Origin: an uncultured Nitrososphaerales archaeon
GTDB lineage: Archaea > Thermoproteota > Nitrososphaeria > Nitrososphaerales > Gagatemarchaeaceae
DNA length: 64,000 bases
Reading direction: 5' to 3'
Assembly (NCBI GenBank): GCA_963706445.1
Contig: OY970160.1
Span: forward strand, 800,001 to 864,000
Each line of letters starts with the position of its first letter. Position 1 is the stretch's first letter. The position numbers and the translations under genes were made by a program. Positions 9,479 to 20,454 of this stretch are shown one piece after another. Below the pieces are notes generated by a model. That model ran no database searches, had not been told where the DNA came from, and was given only the letters and a program-made list of their open reading frames with translations.

Positions 9479-10441
9479 TTGTCACAAGGCAGACGCGGTA
9501 TTGCCCGTACAATTTTGATCGTCGTTGTTATCGTCATCATCGCGGTCGCTGGCATAGGTGCTTACTTCGCCTTCGGATCTTCTGGCTCGAGCCCTTCGAG
9601 TTCTTCGAGCCTGACGTCGTCTACGACTTCGACATCTTCAACTTCATCATCTCCGACCACGAGTTCAACCTCTGCCACCAGCTCAACACCCACCACCACT
9701 AGCTCCACGAGCACGACTTCAACAACATCGTCAACAACACAACCAACAACATCATCCTCGAGCTCGTCCACGAGCACCTCGTCGACGTCTTGCCTGCCTA
9801 CTATCCGCTTCACGTCTCAGCCTGCGAGCGTCTTCGTACCACAGCTCAGTGCCTACTCATCCATGGGTGGGAATTTCCAGCTCTCGGTGAACAAGACATC
9901 ATACACCTTCACCTCGAGCTACACAACGGTCTATGCGAGCGCGACGACGTTCAAGGTCAGCATCGTATCATCTGCTTATCCGAGTGCGTTCACGATGTGG
10001 CTTCTTAGGAACGGGACCCTTGTGGGGATAAACTATGCCGGGTACAACTACACGGGCGCAGCGGCAATTCAGTACTACCAGGGATCGCGTCTCTTCACCG
10101 CGTGGGGGACAATGCTTGTGTTCGGGCAGCAGCTTACGACCAACTACATCTATGATACTGCATACTTCCATTCCACCGGGACGTCGCCTGTGACGATCGG
10201 AGCGAACACGTTCACTCTGACCAACTACGCCGCAAACTCGCTTCCTGAGACCGTTCAGTCCTGCGGGGGTGCAAGCGTTACCCTCAGCACAGCAAGCATG
10301 TCCATAGGGACGCCGAACGGAGCGAACTATCCGTTCCCATTCGACGTGGACATTATGGCCTCGACCACAGGGGGCCCATCGGGAGCAGGGACGACGACCT
10401 TCACCATCACCTCCCAGATAACCTCGGTCACAGTGGCCTGA
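9479..10441 (+). CDS. surface protein with class III (pilin-type) signal peptide and S/T-rich stalk
   Basis: MSQGRRG|IARTILIVVVIVIIAV; ~70-aa Ser/Thr tract; TTAAATA at 9449 supports a TTG start at 9479. Confidence 0.75.
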   Translation: MSQGRRGIARTILIVVVIVIIAVAGIGAYFAFGSSGSSPSSSSSLTSSTTSTSSTSSSPTTSSTSATSSTPTTTSSTSTTSTTSSTTQPTTSSSSSSTSTSSTSCLPTIRFTSQPASVFVPQLSAYSSMGGNFQLSVNKTSYTFTSSYTTVYASATTFKVSIVSSAYPSAFTMWLLRNGTLVGINYAGYNYTGAAAIQYYQGSRLFTAWGTMLVFGQQLTTNYIYDTAYFHSTGTSPVTIGANTFTLTNYAANSLPETVQSCGGASVTLSTASMSIGTPNGANYPFPFDVDIMASTTGGPSGAGTTTFTITSQITSVTVA

Positions 10442-11048
10442 GGGACACCCGACAGTATGTGACGTCTTCAATGATGCCAACGGTTGCGCGCCTACACAGG
10501 GTAACGAGACTCGGCCAGGGAGTTTCTTGCCAGCCCAAGTTGGCGGGGCGCTCACTACGCGTTCAGCGTCAAGTGGGTCAGCGCAGGCCCGTACGGATAG
10601 ACCCAGTAAAACAAGGACAACTCCATCTGCACGTCCCGGCTAGCGGCAATCATGCAGGAAAGGCTAGCGAGGACATTTCATCGCATTCAGTCTCGCAAGA
10701 CGCCCGTTGATCTTTGTATGCTTTTTGGGGGCGGACCGACGAATATTAGCGCCAAGTACTTCTCTAGGTTATTACCTGGATGCTAATGGCGGTGTCTCCA
10801 GGGGTCGGCTGGGCAGAACCCACACAGTAGTCGTCCATGACTATTGAGGCAACACTCTTGCCAAGGGTAAGGCATTACGATTAGTTTCTCCAGCACCCCC
10901 GACTCTGCCGTCGCCGAAGTCCGGCCCGATCAGGGCTTTCACAAGTAGCGGAACCATCTCGTCTAGAAGTCACGTCGGGGTTTGCCTGTTCTGACGCTTA
11001 GCACTAAATATACCGCGTTCTGCATCAGACGCCGGGTGGCCTGGCTTC

Positions 11049-13892
11049 ATGCTGACGAGCAGGGGGGCCGTTCTCGTGACCCTGGTCGGAGTACTCTTGG
11101 TGCTGCTCGCTTTCCCGTCCCAACCAGCCCATGCCGCTTCAGCTTTTACAATCAAGGTCAGCGTCGCTGAGCCGGGAGCGCCGTCCTTCACCTACGCAAT
11201 CGCGGGCTGCTCCACCAACCGAACCTCCGGGACGTCGGGGAACACCTACACTGTTTCAATGAGTTCCAATTGCGTTTACACGATCAGCTCCGGGGCTGGC
11301 AACGCTACCCTGCGCGACAGGCTCACTAGCGGGTACGCCACCACGGTCTCTGAGACAAGCTGCACCGGTGCAACTTGTTCGCCCATCATAATAGCGGCGA
11401 ATGTTGAAGAGCTCCTAGGCCTGAGCTCGAACTGCAACGGCCCAGCCGTCTCCCCCGCTTCACCCACCTCGGACTCCTGGTTCAACTACGGCACCGTGCT
11501 GAGCGTCAGCTGCGACGGCGCCTGGGGAAGATCCAATGGGATGGGGGTCAGGGCAACCTCGTGGAACTGGGACGGCGGGGCGGCCAACCTCGTCGCCACC
11601 ACGGGGACCTTCGGGTCTCCCAAGACCATGACCTCCCACCACACCTTCAACGTGAACACCGTGGTCCAATACCAGCTGACCCTGGACCAAGGCGCCACCA
11701 AGGCTCTTGCCTCGGTGACCAGCCCGACAATTACCAGCGACAAGTACTGGTATGACTCTGGTACCCTAGTCACTTACCAGGGTAATGGGGTCTTCGGGAG
11801 GGCCAACGGGTTCGGGAACAGATCGGGGTCTTGGTATCTCGACGCGGGCCAGCCCACCGCTCTCTCCACGGCGACGGCTTTCACTGTCACCGCGACCATG
11901 GCCTCCCCCCACACGATCCACGTTCTGCTCAAGCCGCAGTGGCAAGTGAACCTGGACGCGTCGTCCGCTCCGTTTCTGAAGTCCCTAACAGCCCCCACGG
12001 TCGCCGGCGACAACTATTGGTATGATACCGGGTCGGTCGTGACCCTGGTTCTCGACGGGACCGGGCCAAGGTCCGGCGGTGTGGGCTCAAGGCTGGTGTC
12101 CTACTCCGTGAACGGGGGGCCCAGCGTCGCCGTGAACACCACGGGTACGGTGACGCTGCTGAACGCCGTTTCAATCACAGGGAAAGAACTGGTCACAGGG
12201 ACCTTGGTCACCCAGTACCAATTATCACTTGACGCAGGGGCCGTCTCTTCACTCGCGTCGGTCACCGCTCCCTCGATCCCGGGGGACAACTACTGGTATG
12301 ACTCCGGCACACATGTCACATACGCGGCAAGCGGAGTCTTCAGCCGGGCCAACGGGGCCGGCATGCGGATTTCTTCCTGGTGGCTGGATTCATCGCCACC
12401 GACCACCGTCCTGACAGGGGGGTTCATCACCGCCTCAATATACATGTCCGGGCCGCACTCTATCCACACACTCACCCGTGCGCAATACCAGGTGGCCCTG
12501 GTCGGCAACTACGGCGTCTCGTCCGGCACCAGCGCCACCATAGGCGGGGACAACTATTGGTATGACAGCGGGACCGTGGTCACCATGTCTCTCCAAGGGG
12601 AGTTCGGGAGGGCCGCGGGGACCGGGTGGAGGATGACCTCCTACTCCGTCAACACAGGCCCGCCGATTCCCACGGCCGGTGGCGGAAACTTCACCGTGCT
12701 GAACGCCATGCCCCTGACGTCTCCTCAGACAATTCATGTCCAGGCGGTGAAACAATACCAGGTGAGCTTCGACCAGACCTTGGCGACCTCCCTGAACTAC
12801 ATCACCTCCCCTACGGTCCCGGGCGACAGCTACTGGTACGACTCCGGATCAGCGGTTACGCTCTCGGTACATGGCGTTTGGGGCCGGACCGCCAATCAGG
12901 GCTACAGACTGTCTTCCTATTCGATCGATGGCGCGCCGGCGGTTTCGGTGGGTTCTTCGGGGACCATAGTCATCCTCAACCTCGCCGGGATTACGGGACC
13001 CCAGCTGATCACCTCCTCGGCTGCAACCCAGTACCTTCTGTCGGTGGAAGGGGGTCCGAGGAGCACCTACAGCGTCACTCCTCCCATTGCTGGAGACACG
13101 GGATGGTATGACTCGGGCACCACGCTCTCCGTCTCGACGAACGGGACCTACGACAGCGGCGCAGGTGTCCGACAGAGGATCAGCGGGTGGACCATAGACA
13201 ACGGACCAAGCAACCCGGCGGGCGTCGGCCCCGTCGTGATCACGCCTGCAATCGTCATGGACGCCCCGCACTTGGTTTCATTCCAATCGGTCGTGCAGTA
13301 CCTCGTAACCGTCGTCGTGAAGGACAGCGGAGCCACAAATATTCTGACCCCTGCCAGCCTCACCTTAACTGTCAACGGAGGGGACATGACGACGACCTCA
13401 GGCGCTATTTGGGTGGACGGGGGCTCAAGGGTGGGCGTCATGACGGTCTTCTGGCATCGGCTGGACGTAGCTCCCTCGCAGCCTGCGGAGTACGACATCA
13501 CCTCTCCCTTCACCATCGCGGTTGACGCCCGGGTCTACGATGCGACCATCATGGTCGAAGACACGCTCGGGGTGGCGGTCGGAGGGGCGGACGCCTCCAT
13601 CACGCTGGCGAACGGGACCAACATCCACGCCTCGTCGGCGGGAGATGGTATCATCCTGGTCAAGGAGATCCCCCTCGGGACGTACAGGGCCACGATATCG
13701 TATCTTGGCCTGTCGACGACCCTATCCGGAGACGCGTCGACCGCCGGCTCAGTCGTGGCGCACCTGCCACTGGGCTGGTCCGTGATCCTCTTGTTGGTAG
13801 TAGTCATCGTTCTAGGCGTGGCGGTGTTCCTCTTCGTCCGCAGAAGGGGCCTCCGGCGGCCCCGAGCCGGTGGAAGTTCCTGGGTTCCCTGA
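11049..13892 (+). CDS. large membrane-anchored surface protein with ~7 repeats of ~90-95 aa (QYQxxL...GDNYWYDSG)
   Basis: signal peptide, tandem beta-sandwich-like repeats resembling thermopsin C-terminal repeats, C-terminal TM followed by RRR. Confidence 0.85.
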   Translation: MLTSRGAVLVTLVGVLLVLLAFPSQPAHAASAFTIKVSVAEPGAPSFTYAIAGCSTNRTSGTSGNTYTVSMSSNCVYTISSGAGNATLRDRLTSGYATTVSETSCTGATCSPIIIAANVEELLGLSSNCNGPAVSPASPTSDSWFNYGTVLSVSCDGAWGRSNGMGVRATSWNWDGGAANLVATTGTFGSPKTMTSHHTFNVNTVVQYQLTLDQGATKALASVTSPTITSDKYWYDSGTLVTYQGNGVFGRANGFGNRSGSWYLDAGQPTALSTATAFTVTATMASPHTIHVLLKPQWQVNLDASSAPFLKSLTAPTVAGDNYWYDTGSVVTLVLDGTGPRSGGVGSRLVSYSVNGGPSVAVNTTGTVTLLNAVSITGKELVTGTLVTQYQLSLDAGAVSSLASVTAPSIPGDNYWYDSGTHVTYAASGVFSRANGAGMRISSWWLDSSPPTTVLTGGFITASIYMSGPHSIHTLTRAQYQVALVGNYGVSSGTSATIGGDNYWYDSGTVVTMSLQGEFGRAAGTGWRMTSYSVNTGPPIPTAGGGNFTVLNAMPLTSPQTIHVQAVKQYQVSFDQTLATSLNYITSPTVPGDSYWYDSGSAVTLSVHGVWGRTANQGYRLSSYSIDGAPAVSVGSSGTIVILNLAGITGPQLITSSAATQYLLSVEGGPRSTYSVTPPIAGDTGWYDSGTTLSVSTNGTYDSGAGVRQRISGWTIDNGPSNPAGVGPVVITPAIVMDAPHLVSFQSVVQYLVTVVVKDSGATNILTPASLTLTVNGGDMTTTSGAIWVDGGSRVGVMTVFWHRLDVAPSQPAEYDITSPFTIAVDARVYDATIMVEDTLGVAVGGADASITLANGTNIHASSAGDGIILVKEIPLGTYRATISYLGLSTTLSGDASTAGSVVAHLPLGWSVILLLVVVIVLGVAVFLFVRRRGLRRPRAGGSSWVP

Positions 13893-13974
13893 ATTCGGCC
13901 TTGGCCTTGAAATCACAATTGACTCATTGGTCGTCTTTGGCCTATTCATTTCTAAGATTTCGTAGCGTCAAGGT

Positions 13975-14184
13975 ATGAGACGAACAACCAAAGTGGCGGT
14001 CGTCGCCGGAGTAGCCGTTGTCGTTGTGCTTTCCTTCTTTCTCGCGCCTGTGTCCTACTGGTTCACACTCCACGGTGGTCCCGCACCGTTCGTGAGTGCT
14101 GTGCCTGTTTATCGTTCCCCCGGATGCGCGACATTAGGCGTGGGGGACGTTTTTTCGCCTCAGTGGTTCGGATTCAGCCTTTGA
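13975..14184 (+). CDS. small exported/membrane hypothetical protein
   Basis: N-terminal basic plus hydrophobic segment; may be truncated by the TGA. Confidence 0.45.
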   Translation: MRRTTKVAVVAGVAVVVVLSFFLAPVSYWFTLHGGPAPFVSAVPVYRSPGCATLGVGDVFSPQWFGFSL

Positions 14185-14607
14185 TGTACGATTCCTGTTC
14201 CACTGCCTCGCTCCGTGCCAGCTTGACCCCAATCATGCACGAGTCCTCGCGCTAGCCCCTATCGTCTGTTTCTGCTCATGAACCCGAGCTTCTTCTTTGG
14301 TCCCTTGTAGTTCTCGTTCCGAGGGCAGTACGGCCCGCACTTCTCGCTGAACGGGTGATTGTGCCCTTTCTTCTCTTTTCTCTCCTCTTTCTCTTCGAGT
14401 CTCTTGCGGTAGGCAGCCATTTCCCGGGCACTGAGCGAATCCGACTGCTTCTAATAAGCTCTGCCAACAATTCCCCAACAAGGGCCATTCGATGGTTCCG
14501 TCATTGGCCTTCGCCATGAGGGCGGGTCTGATGATTCAACGAACGGAACGACATCTACCCTGAATCCATGTTGCGACTAGGCAAACGGTATCACCTGGTT
14601 CGCCGCG

Positions 14608-14811
14608 GTGCGTCTCCTGATGCGAGATCTTCCCCCCGGGCTTGGCAGGAAGGCCGACCAGGTTCTGGTCAGCTTCGGAGGTCTAAAGGGGATGGCTGAG
14701 CAGCCGCTCTGGCTCATGACCATCGTCTTGAAGACATTCTTTGCGGAAGACGAAGCCAAGTCTCTGCTTGACTATCTTCGAAGTGGGAGGTCAGCAGTTG
14801 AATATACCTAG
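14608..14811 (+). CDS. hypothetical protein or gene fragment
   Basis: short ORF with coding-like composition. Confidence 0.3.
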   Translation: MRLLMRDLPPGLGRKADQVLVSFGGLKGMAEQPLWLMTIVLKTFFAEDEAKSLLDYLRSGRSAVEYT

Positions 14812-14975
14812 TTCCGCCGACTCGTGATGCGGGCCTATTTTGAGTCGCCCGTCGAACGTCCCTGACGATGCTTGACAAAGGACTTCCGCCAGCGACTTGG
14901 GTGCCGATGTTGGGGTAAGCTTTAACTCAACAGCCGAGATCATGGCAGCGCAGCAACAGAGGTTGCGAGACATTT

Positions 14976-17306
14976 GTGACCTCAGCCAAGATGAGGCCGA
15001 AACATAGGAAAGGGTTCTTGGCTCTTCTCCTTCTGATGCCGACTGTCGGGATTTTTCTTTCAAGCCCCTCCCTTCCCCTTGCCTCTAGTGTCGTTTCTTC
15101 CTGCCCCAGTTCCCCGCTCAACCTCAGCCCAGGCGAGACGAATGCCACACTGCCCGGCGAGGGGAGCGACCCCGTGACATCCGGCAACCACGTCTACGTT
15201 GCATGGTCGTCGGCCTCGGGGGGGAACTCCGAGGTCCTGTTTTCGGCGAGCCACGACGAGGGCGAATCCTTCGGCCCACCTTTGCTCCTCAGCAACAATT
15301 CGAGGGCCTCCGGGCCGCGGCTCGCGACCATCGGCGAGAGTGTGTATGCGACCTGGGTTGATACTTCCGTTTCGAACGGGGTCGTGCTTTTCAGAGCATC
15401 CCATGACAACGGCAGTACGTTTGGCCCGGCGATCGACCTGAGTGGAGGATACACAGCCTCTCACGGGCCTCAGATCAGCGAGTCTGGAAACAGCGTATTC
15501 GTCGCGTGGGTCGCCTCGGCGGCGGGAGTCAACACTCAGATAATTCTCCGGGCCAGCCAGGATGGCGGGAGCACCTTCGGGCCCGCCATCAACCTGAGCA
15601 ACGACAACGGCCCAACCCAGGAGGTGGCAATCGCGTCCTCTCTGAGCAACGTCTACGTTACCTGGGAGGACCAGTCGACTGGCCTAGGACAGATTGGCTA
15701 CGACGTCAGCCATGACGCAGGAGTCACTTTCCTGAAAAACGCCCTGGACATTTCGAACGTCCCCTCTCCCCAGCACGCCCGAGAACCACTCTTCGCGGTC
15801 TCCGGGAGCCGACTGTACGTAGTCTGGCGGACGGACAACGACCTCTCCCCCGACAACAGCGACATCTTCCTGCTTGTGAGCATGGACAACAGGACGACAT
15901 TCACCTCCGGCCCTGAGAACCTCAGCAACAATCCTGGGATCTCGCGCATGGACAGCGTCACGGCCTCGCAATCGAGCCTGTATCTGATCTGGCGGGACAA
16001 CCAGAACGGTACCTACGACATATACTACGTGGCAAGCCACGACAACGGCACGACGTTCAGCCATGTCGTCAACCTCGGCGGGGGCACCGGCCTGACGGTG
16101 GTGAACCAGGTCCTGCCCTACGACGACCACCCTAGGCTGGACTCGAACGGAAGCAGCGTGTACGCTACCTGGGATGCGGACATCTCAAACAACTACGAGG
16201 TGTTCTTCCGGGCGAGCCATGACAATGGGACCACCTTCGGACCAGTCCTCGACCTGAGCAACGACCCTGGGAAGTCGGCAAGCCCCGAGGTCGCCGCAGG
16301 CTCCAATTACACCGCTGTCATGTGGGTAAGCGGGACCGGGCAGGCGCTTAGCCCGAACGTCTATGTCGACTCTTGCCCCTCAATGGAACTGCCGTCCGGC
16401 TCCACCCTCACGTCAGTTGGATGCCCGGCGACAGTAGCCGTGAACACGGTGGCCACATGTTCGGCCGCGGTATTCGGTGACAACGGCACAGTCCCCACGG
16501 GCACCATCACCTTCTCTGACAGTGGCTCGGCCGCCTTCAACCCGGGAACCTGTTCGCTCTCATCGGGGACCTGCAAGGTGACCTACACGGCCAATCCCGG
16601 AAGCGAGGGTCTACACACGATTACTGCTTCCTACGGGGGTGACAGCCTCGACTTGGCGAGTCAAGGTTCCTATAAGGTCACTGTAACTCAACGCCCATCT
16701 ACGACCACCGTGAGCTGTTCACCCGGCACCGACCCTGTCAACGCACCCGTTACCTGCACTGCAAAGGCGACCGATTCCGGCACCGGGACGCCGATAACCC
16801 CAACCGGGACCTTCAGCTTCTCTTCTAGCTCTTCGGGCACCTTCGCCAAGAGCAGCTGCGCGCTCGCATCGGGCTCATGTTCCGTAACGTACACGCCAAA
16901 CCCCGGTTCCGAGGGAAAACAAACCATCACTGCCAACTACGGAGGAGACTCGAATCACCAAGGCAGCGCCGCGAGCTCCGCCCTCACGGCCACCAAGAGG
17001 ACCGTGATAGCCGTCCTGTCATGCCCAAGTCCTTACAAACTGCGCTCTCCCATCACATGCACTATGACCCTGACCGACACCAGTCCGGGCACGCCCCTGA
17101 CCCCTTCCGGGGCTGTGACGTTCACAAGTGTGGGCTCAGGCAGGTTCTCCTCTTCGACATGCATTCTCTCAGGGGCTGGGAAGACTGCCAGCTGTTCCAC
17201 CCAGTATACCCCAAGCTCGACAGGCAACCACACTGTCACAGGCACATTCCTGGGCACCGTCAATCAAGGCAGTGCAGCGAAGTCCACCAAGTTCAAAGTG
17301 GCCTAG
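14976..17306 (+). CDS. secreted BNR/Asp-box beta-propeller protein with three C-terminal Ig-like repeats
   Basis: 7 SxDxGxxF-like Asp-boxes; repeats TxTxVxC..C..PTGTxTF..CxL..CxVTYT..TITAxYxGD. Confidence 0.85.
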   Translation: MTSAKMRPKHRKGFLALLLLMPTVGIFLSSPSLPLASSVVSSCPSSPLNLSPGETNATLPGEGSDPVTSGNHVYVAWSSASGGNSEVLFSASHDEGESFGPPLLLSNNSRASGPRLATIGESVYATWVDTSVSNGVVLFRASHDNGSTFGPAIDLSGGYTASHGPQISESGNSVFVAWVASAAGVNTQIILRASQDGGSTFGPAINLSNDNGPTQEVAIASSLSNVYVTWEDQSTGLGQIGYDVSHDAGVTFLKNALDISNVPSPQHAREPLFAVSGSRLYVVWRTDNDLSPDNSDIFLLVSMDNRTTFTSGPENLSNNPGISRMDSVTASQSSLYLIWRDNQNGTYDIYYVASHDNGTTFSHVVNLGGGTGLTVVNQVLPYDDHPRLDSNGSSVYATWDADISNNYEVFFRASHDNGTTFGPVLDLSNDPGKSASPEVAAGSNYTAVMWVSGTGQALSPNVYVDSCPSMELPSGSTLTSVGCPATVAVNTVATCSAAVFGDNGTVPTGTITFSDSGSAAFNPGTCSLSSGTCKVTYTANPGSEGLHTITASYGGDSLDLASQGSYKVTVTQRPSTTTVSCSPGTDPVNAPVTCTAKATDSGTGTPITPTGTFSFSSSSSGTFAKSSCALASGSCSVTYTPNPGSEGKQTITANYGGDSNHQGSAASSALTATKRTVIAVLSCPSPYKLRSPITCTMTLTDTSPGTPLTPSGAVTFTSVGSGRFSSSTCILSGAGKTASCSTQYTPSSTGNHTVTGTFLGTVNQGSAAKSTKFKVA

Positions 17307-17782
17307 CCCAGGAAAGGATGGGCAAACCGAAGATCTCCCAGGCAACATCAAACTGCAGGAGCCCATGCTGCCGCCTGTGATGTGCCCACCCTTCGCGTTC
17401 AAGCGAAATGTCACTGAATTACGCTGAATCGTGGTTAGTATGAATCTGAAATCCACAATTGCTTAATCGCCGGCGCTTTCTATATCACGGGAGAAGGATG
17501 AGCAGCGGAGAGAACGAGTTCAGAAGGATTCTGGGTCTGGTTGGTGCAAGACTGGTCCATATCCTAGACTACAGCCTGGACGTCACGGCGCTCATACCCA
17601 TATCCGATTTTAACAACAAGGCCACAAAGTAGCCTACGGCGATCCGACCCGCAGGTCAGGCCTTGGTGACAGAGACTACCTAGCTAGACAGCACTCACAA
17701 GCTGGACTTTGGCATTCGAACAATCAGATCTTAGAGTGTTCAGAAGTCTTAAATTGGGTTGCCACGCGAAAGGGCCTAGAAC

Positions 17783-19066
17783 GTGTCGGCTCCGTATCAC
17801 AAGTCTAACCGAAAGTCATCTGCGGTGATTCTTCTGGTCCTCTTGTTCCTTGTTTCTGCCTTTGTCGTTCCATTCGCCAGGGCCCAAACAGGCGTCGCCA
17901 CAATAACGGTAGCTGGAACACCCCAGACCCTTGCCTACGACCCTGGAAAGGGTGAGGTGTTCGTTGTAGATTCGGGCCCCAGGGGCTCGGTGCTATCCGA
18001 CACCACCAACGCGGTCGTCGCGAACCTTACCCTGCCCGCCGGAAGCGGCGTTCTAGGAGCAGCTTACGATCAAGGAAAGGGCGAGGTCTTCGTTGCCGAT
18101 AGCGGCAACGCCGAAGTCTCAGTGATATCAGACTCCACCAACAAGGTTGTCGCCAATGTGGGGGTTGGAGGTACTCCCGACGGGGTGGCATACGACTATG
18201 CGAAGGGCGAGGTGTTCGTGGCAAACGGCCTCGATGACACGCTGTCCGTAATCTCCGACAGTAACAATACGGTCGTTGCGACGATAACCCTTCCCAGCGG
18301 AAGCTCCCCCGAGGGCCTGGCATACGACCCCGCCAAGGGTGAGGTGTTCGTGGCAGACAATGGCGGTGACAACGTCTCTGTGGTGTCCGACTCCACCAAC
18401 CAGGTCGTCGCAAACGTCGCCACCTATTACTCCCCCACGAGCGTGGTCTACGACCCCGCTAAGGGCGAAATGTTCGTGAACAGTTTTGGCGATGGATTCG
18501 CCGTGATATCCGATTCGAACAACGCGGTCGTCGCCTATGTGCCCTTGCCCGAAGGAGGCAGCGTAGGAGCCGTTGCCTACGACCCTGCCCAAGGCTACGT
18601 AATCGCAGGAAGCTATATGTCAAACACGATCTCGGCGGTATCCGACAGCACTAACAAAATCGTCGCAAACGTTACGGTAGGGAACGCACCCTACGATGTA
18701 GTCTACGACACTGCGAAGGGCGAGGTGTTCGTGGCCAACAGCGGGGATTCATCAATATCCGTGGTCCCTGATGCGGCTCTGTCGTCGACTACTACGACTA
18801 CCTCGGTCACGTCCACTACGTCAAGCTCCACGTCGGCTGCCACGACAGGTTCGACTTCAATCTCTACTTCTAGCGGCGTCACAACGACAGGCTCTGCGAC
18901 GGCGCAGACCTCCGCGACAAGCTCGACAAGTGCGGCAGTGCCAGAGTTTCCATTCCAGTTCCTTGCGGCTGCATTCTTCATTGTTCTCCTGGCAGGATCT
19001 TATCTTCTGGTTCGACGTCGCGCATCATTTGGCGTTCCTAATGCGGATCGGGGCACTTCGAGTTAG
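17783..19066 (+). CDS. YncE/YVTN-type beta-propeller surface protein with PEF-type C-terminal anchor
   Basis: 7 repeats AYDxxKGEVFV..VSVISDSTN; S/T linker; VPEFP, TM, then RRR. Confidence 0.9.
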   Translation: MSAPYHKSNRKSSAVILLVLLFLVSAFVVPFARAQTGVATITVAGTPQTLAYDPGKGEVFVVDSGPRGSVLSDTTNAVVANLTLPAGSGVLGAAYDQGKGEVFVADSGNAEVSVISDSTNKVVANVGVGGTPDGVAYDYAKGEVFVANGLDDTLSVISDSNNTVVATITLPSGSSPEGLAYDPAKGEVFVADNGGDNVSVVSDSTNQVVANVATYYSPTSVVYDPAKGEMFVNSFGDGFAVISDSNNAVVAYVPLPEGGSVGAVAYDPAQGYVIAGSYMSNTISAVSDSTNKIVANVTVGNAPYDVVYDTAKGEVFVANSGDSSISVVPDAALSSTTTTTSVTSTTSSSTSAATTGSTSISTSSGVTTTGSATAQTSATSSTSAAVPEFPFQFLAAAFFIVLLAGSYLLVRRRASFGVPNADRGTSS

Positions 19067-19255
19067 ATAGCGGCTAGTCAAGCCACATCAGCAGGCCTAC
19101 CGAGTTTCATCATGTGAAACGAAGGGGGCACACAATCTGTTCTTGAATGGGATGGGACGGTATATCTGGGACCTTGGCAATCAGCCACTGAGCACGTCCA
19201 AAACCACCAACGGCTAGGTCAAGCTGCCTTCGAAAATCCTTATTGGCACTGCGCC

Positions 19256-19456
19256 TTGTCTGACGTTCTGCAATTGAAGCGGTCGACGTCATTCCAAGTT
19301 CTGATTGTTTGTGCGGTTGCGTTGTCCGTTGCTTTCTCCTTGACTTTTTACGAACCTGCCGCTCTTTTCTTTGCTGGTGCCGTCGCTTTTCTCGCGGTTA
19401 TCTGGTGGTACGTCGCTCATCCGAACTCAAAGCTTAACGAGCAAGTGAGTTACTGA
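19256..19456 (+). CDS. small 2-TM membrane protein
   Basis: two hydrophobic helices. Confidence 0.5.
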   Translation: MSDVLQLKRSTSFQVLIVCAVALSVAFSLTFYEPAALFFAGAVAFLAVIWWYVAHPNSKLNEQVSY

Positions 19457-19587
19457 GTCCGATCCTATTTCTGGCTCGGCATACAAAGCATGTCGCGCAA
19501 CAAGGCGCAGCAAACACACAGCTCCAGTCACAGAACCGCTTTCAATGGCAGGAAGGCTTAAGATAAAGGCCCTAAAAGATTGGGTCG

Positions 19588-19785
19588 ATGAGCAACACGG
19601 CGGAGCAGCTGGGTCACCTCAAGAATCACGTGAAGTACCCCGCCAGCAGGACTCAGGTCCTCAGTGCGTGCAGCGAGATGTCGGACTGGGCCCCGGAAGA
19701 CAAGGAATGGGTCACGAAAGCACTGCCTGAAGGGACCTACGCAGCGCCTGAAGAAGTTATCTCGGCCCTTCTTCGGACCGTCTAG
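19588..19785 (+). CDS. DUF2795-like small protein
   Basis: VKYPASRTQVL..LPEGTY..EEV pattern; T-tract after the stop. Confidence 0.6.
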   Translation: MSNTAEQLGHLKNHVKYPASRTQVLSACSEMSDWAPEDKEWVTKALPEGTYAAPEEVISALLRTV

Positions 19786-19961
19786 AGCTCGTGCCATATC
19801 GGCCTCGGGCTCTTTTTTCTGGTTTAATGACGCGTCATAAGTTTTCAAGAGGTTCGGATCCGGGCGAGCCCACCCTTGCTTTGGTCGAAACGTGTCATTG
19901 TCCTTGAGACCAGTGGCGGCGAGCAAAAGGTATTTCAGAGGAACGTGAGGGGAAAACCTCA

Positions 19962-20336
19962 ATGTCGGAAGAGAAGGAGCAGAGGAAGCCCTTCACGTAC
20001 AACTTCCGGGCACCTGCGAAGAGGGAGGACGAGCTGGGTGGGCCGAGGGGAGGATATGACACCCTCGTATCCATCGAACAGAGCCTACTACTGATGACTG
20101 AGGGGTGCGATATCGTCCCTCGTTCAGAGGGTTACTTCTGCCAGAGGCATCAGAGGAAAGTTACTGGAAGAAGTGAAAGGTGTGATTTCCTCGCAGATCG
20201 ATTCAACCGGGCCAAGGGGGGAACCGAATCGAAGGCCCAACTTCAGGATTACATCAACGACATCCTTGGGATCAAGGACCCGAAGAGCGTCAAACGACTC
20301 ATGGGCCAGCCCCTGGAGCGCTTCGGCTCTGAGTAG
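19962..20336 (+). CDS. hypothetical protein (three Cys plus His, possible metal site)
   Basis: ATG start; GC..YFCQRH..RC. Confidence 0.6.
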   Translation: MSEEKEQRKPFTYNFRAPAKREDELGGPRGGYDTLVSIEQSLLLMTEGCDIVPRSEGYFCQRHQRKVTGRSERCDFLADRFNRAKGGTESKAQLQDYINDILGIKDPKSVKRLMGQPLERFGSE

Positions 20337-20454
20337 ACCTTCCGCACCCAAGTGGGCGTGTGCACTCCCTGACCACATCTCTCGTGAACGCGGTGTAGAT
20401 GTACCAGTCAAGCTAGATGGCTGATGGAGCTCGTATTGATGGATTCGGTCTAGT

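Noticed and set aside
14976-17306. True sialidase (also 46655-48145)
   Set aside because: Asp-boxes are structural, and no RIP motif or Arg triad is evident.
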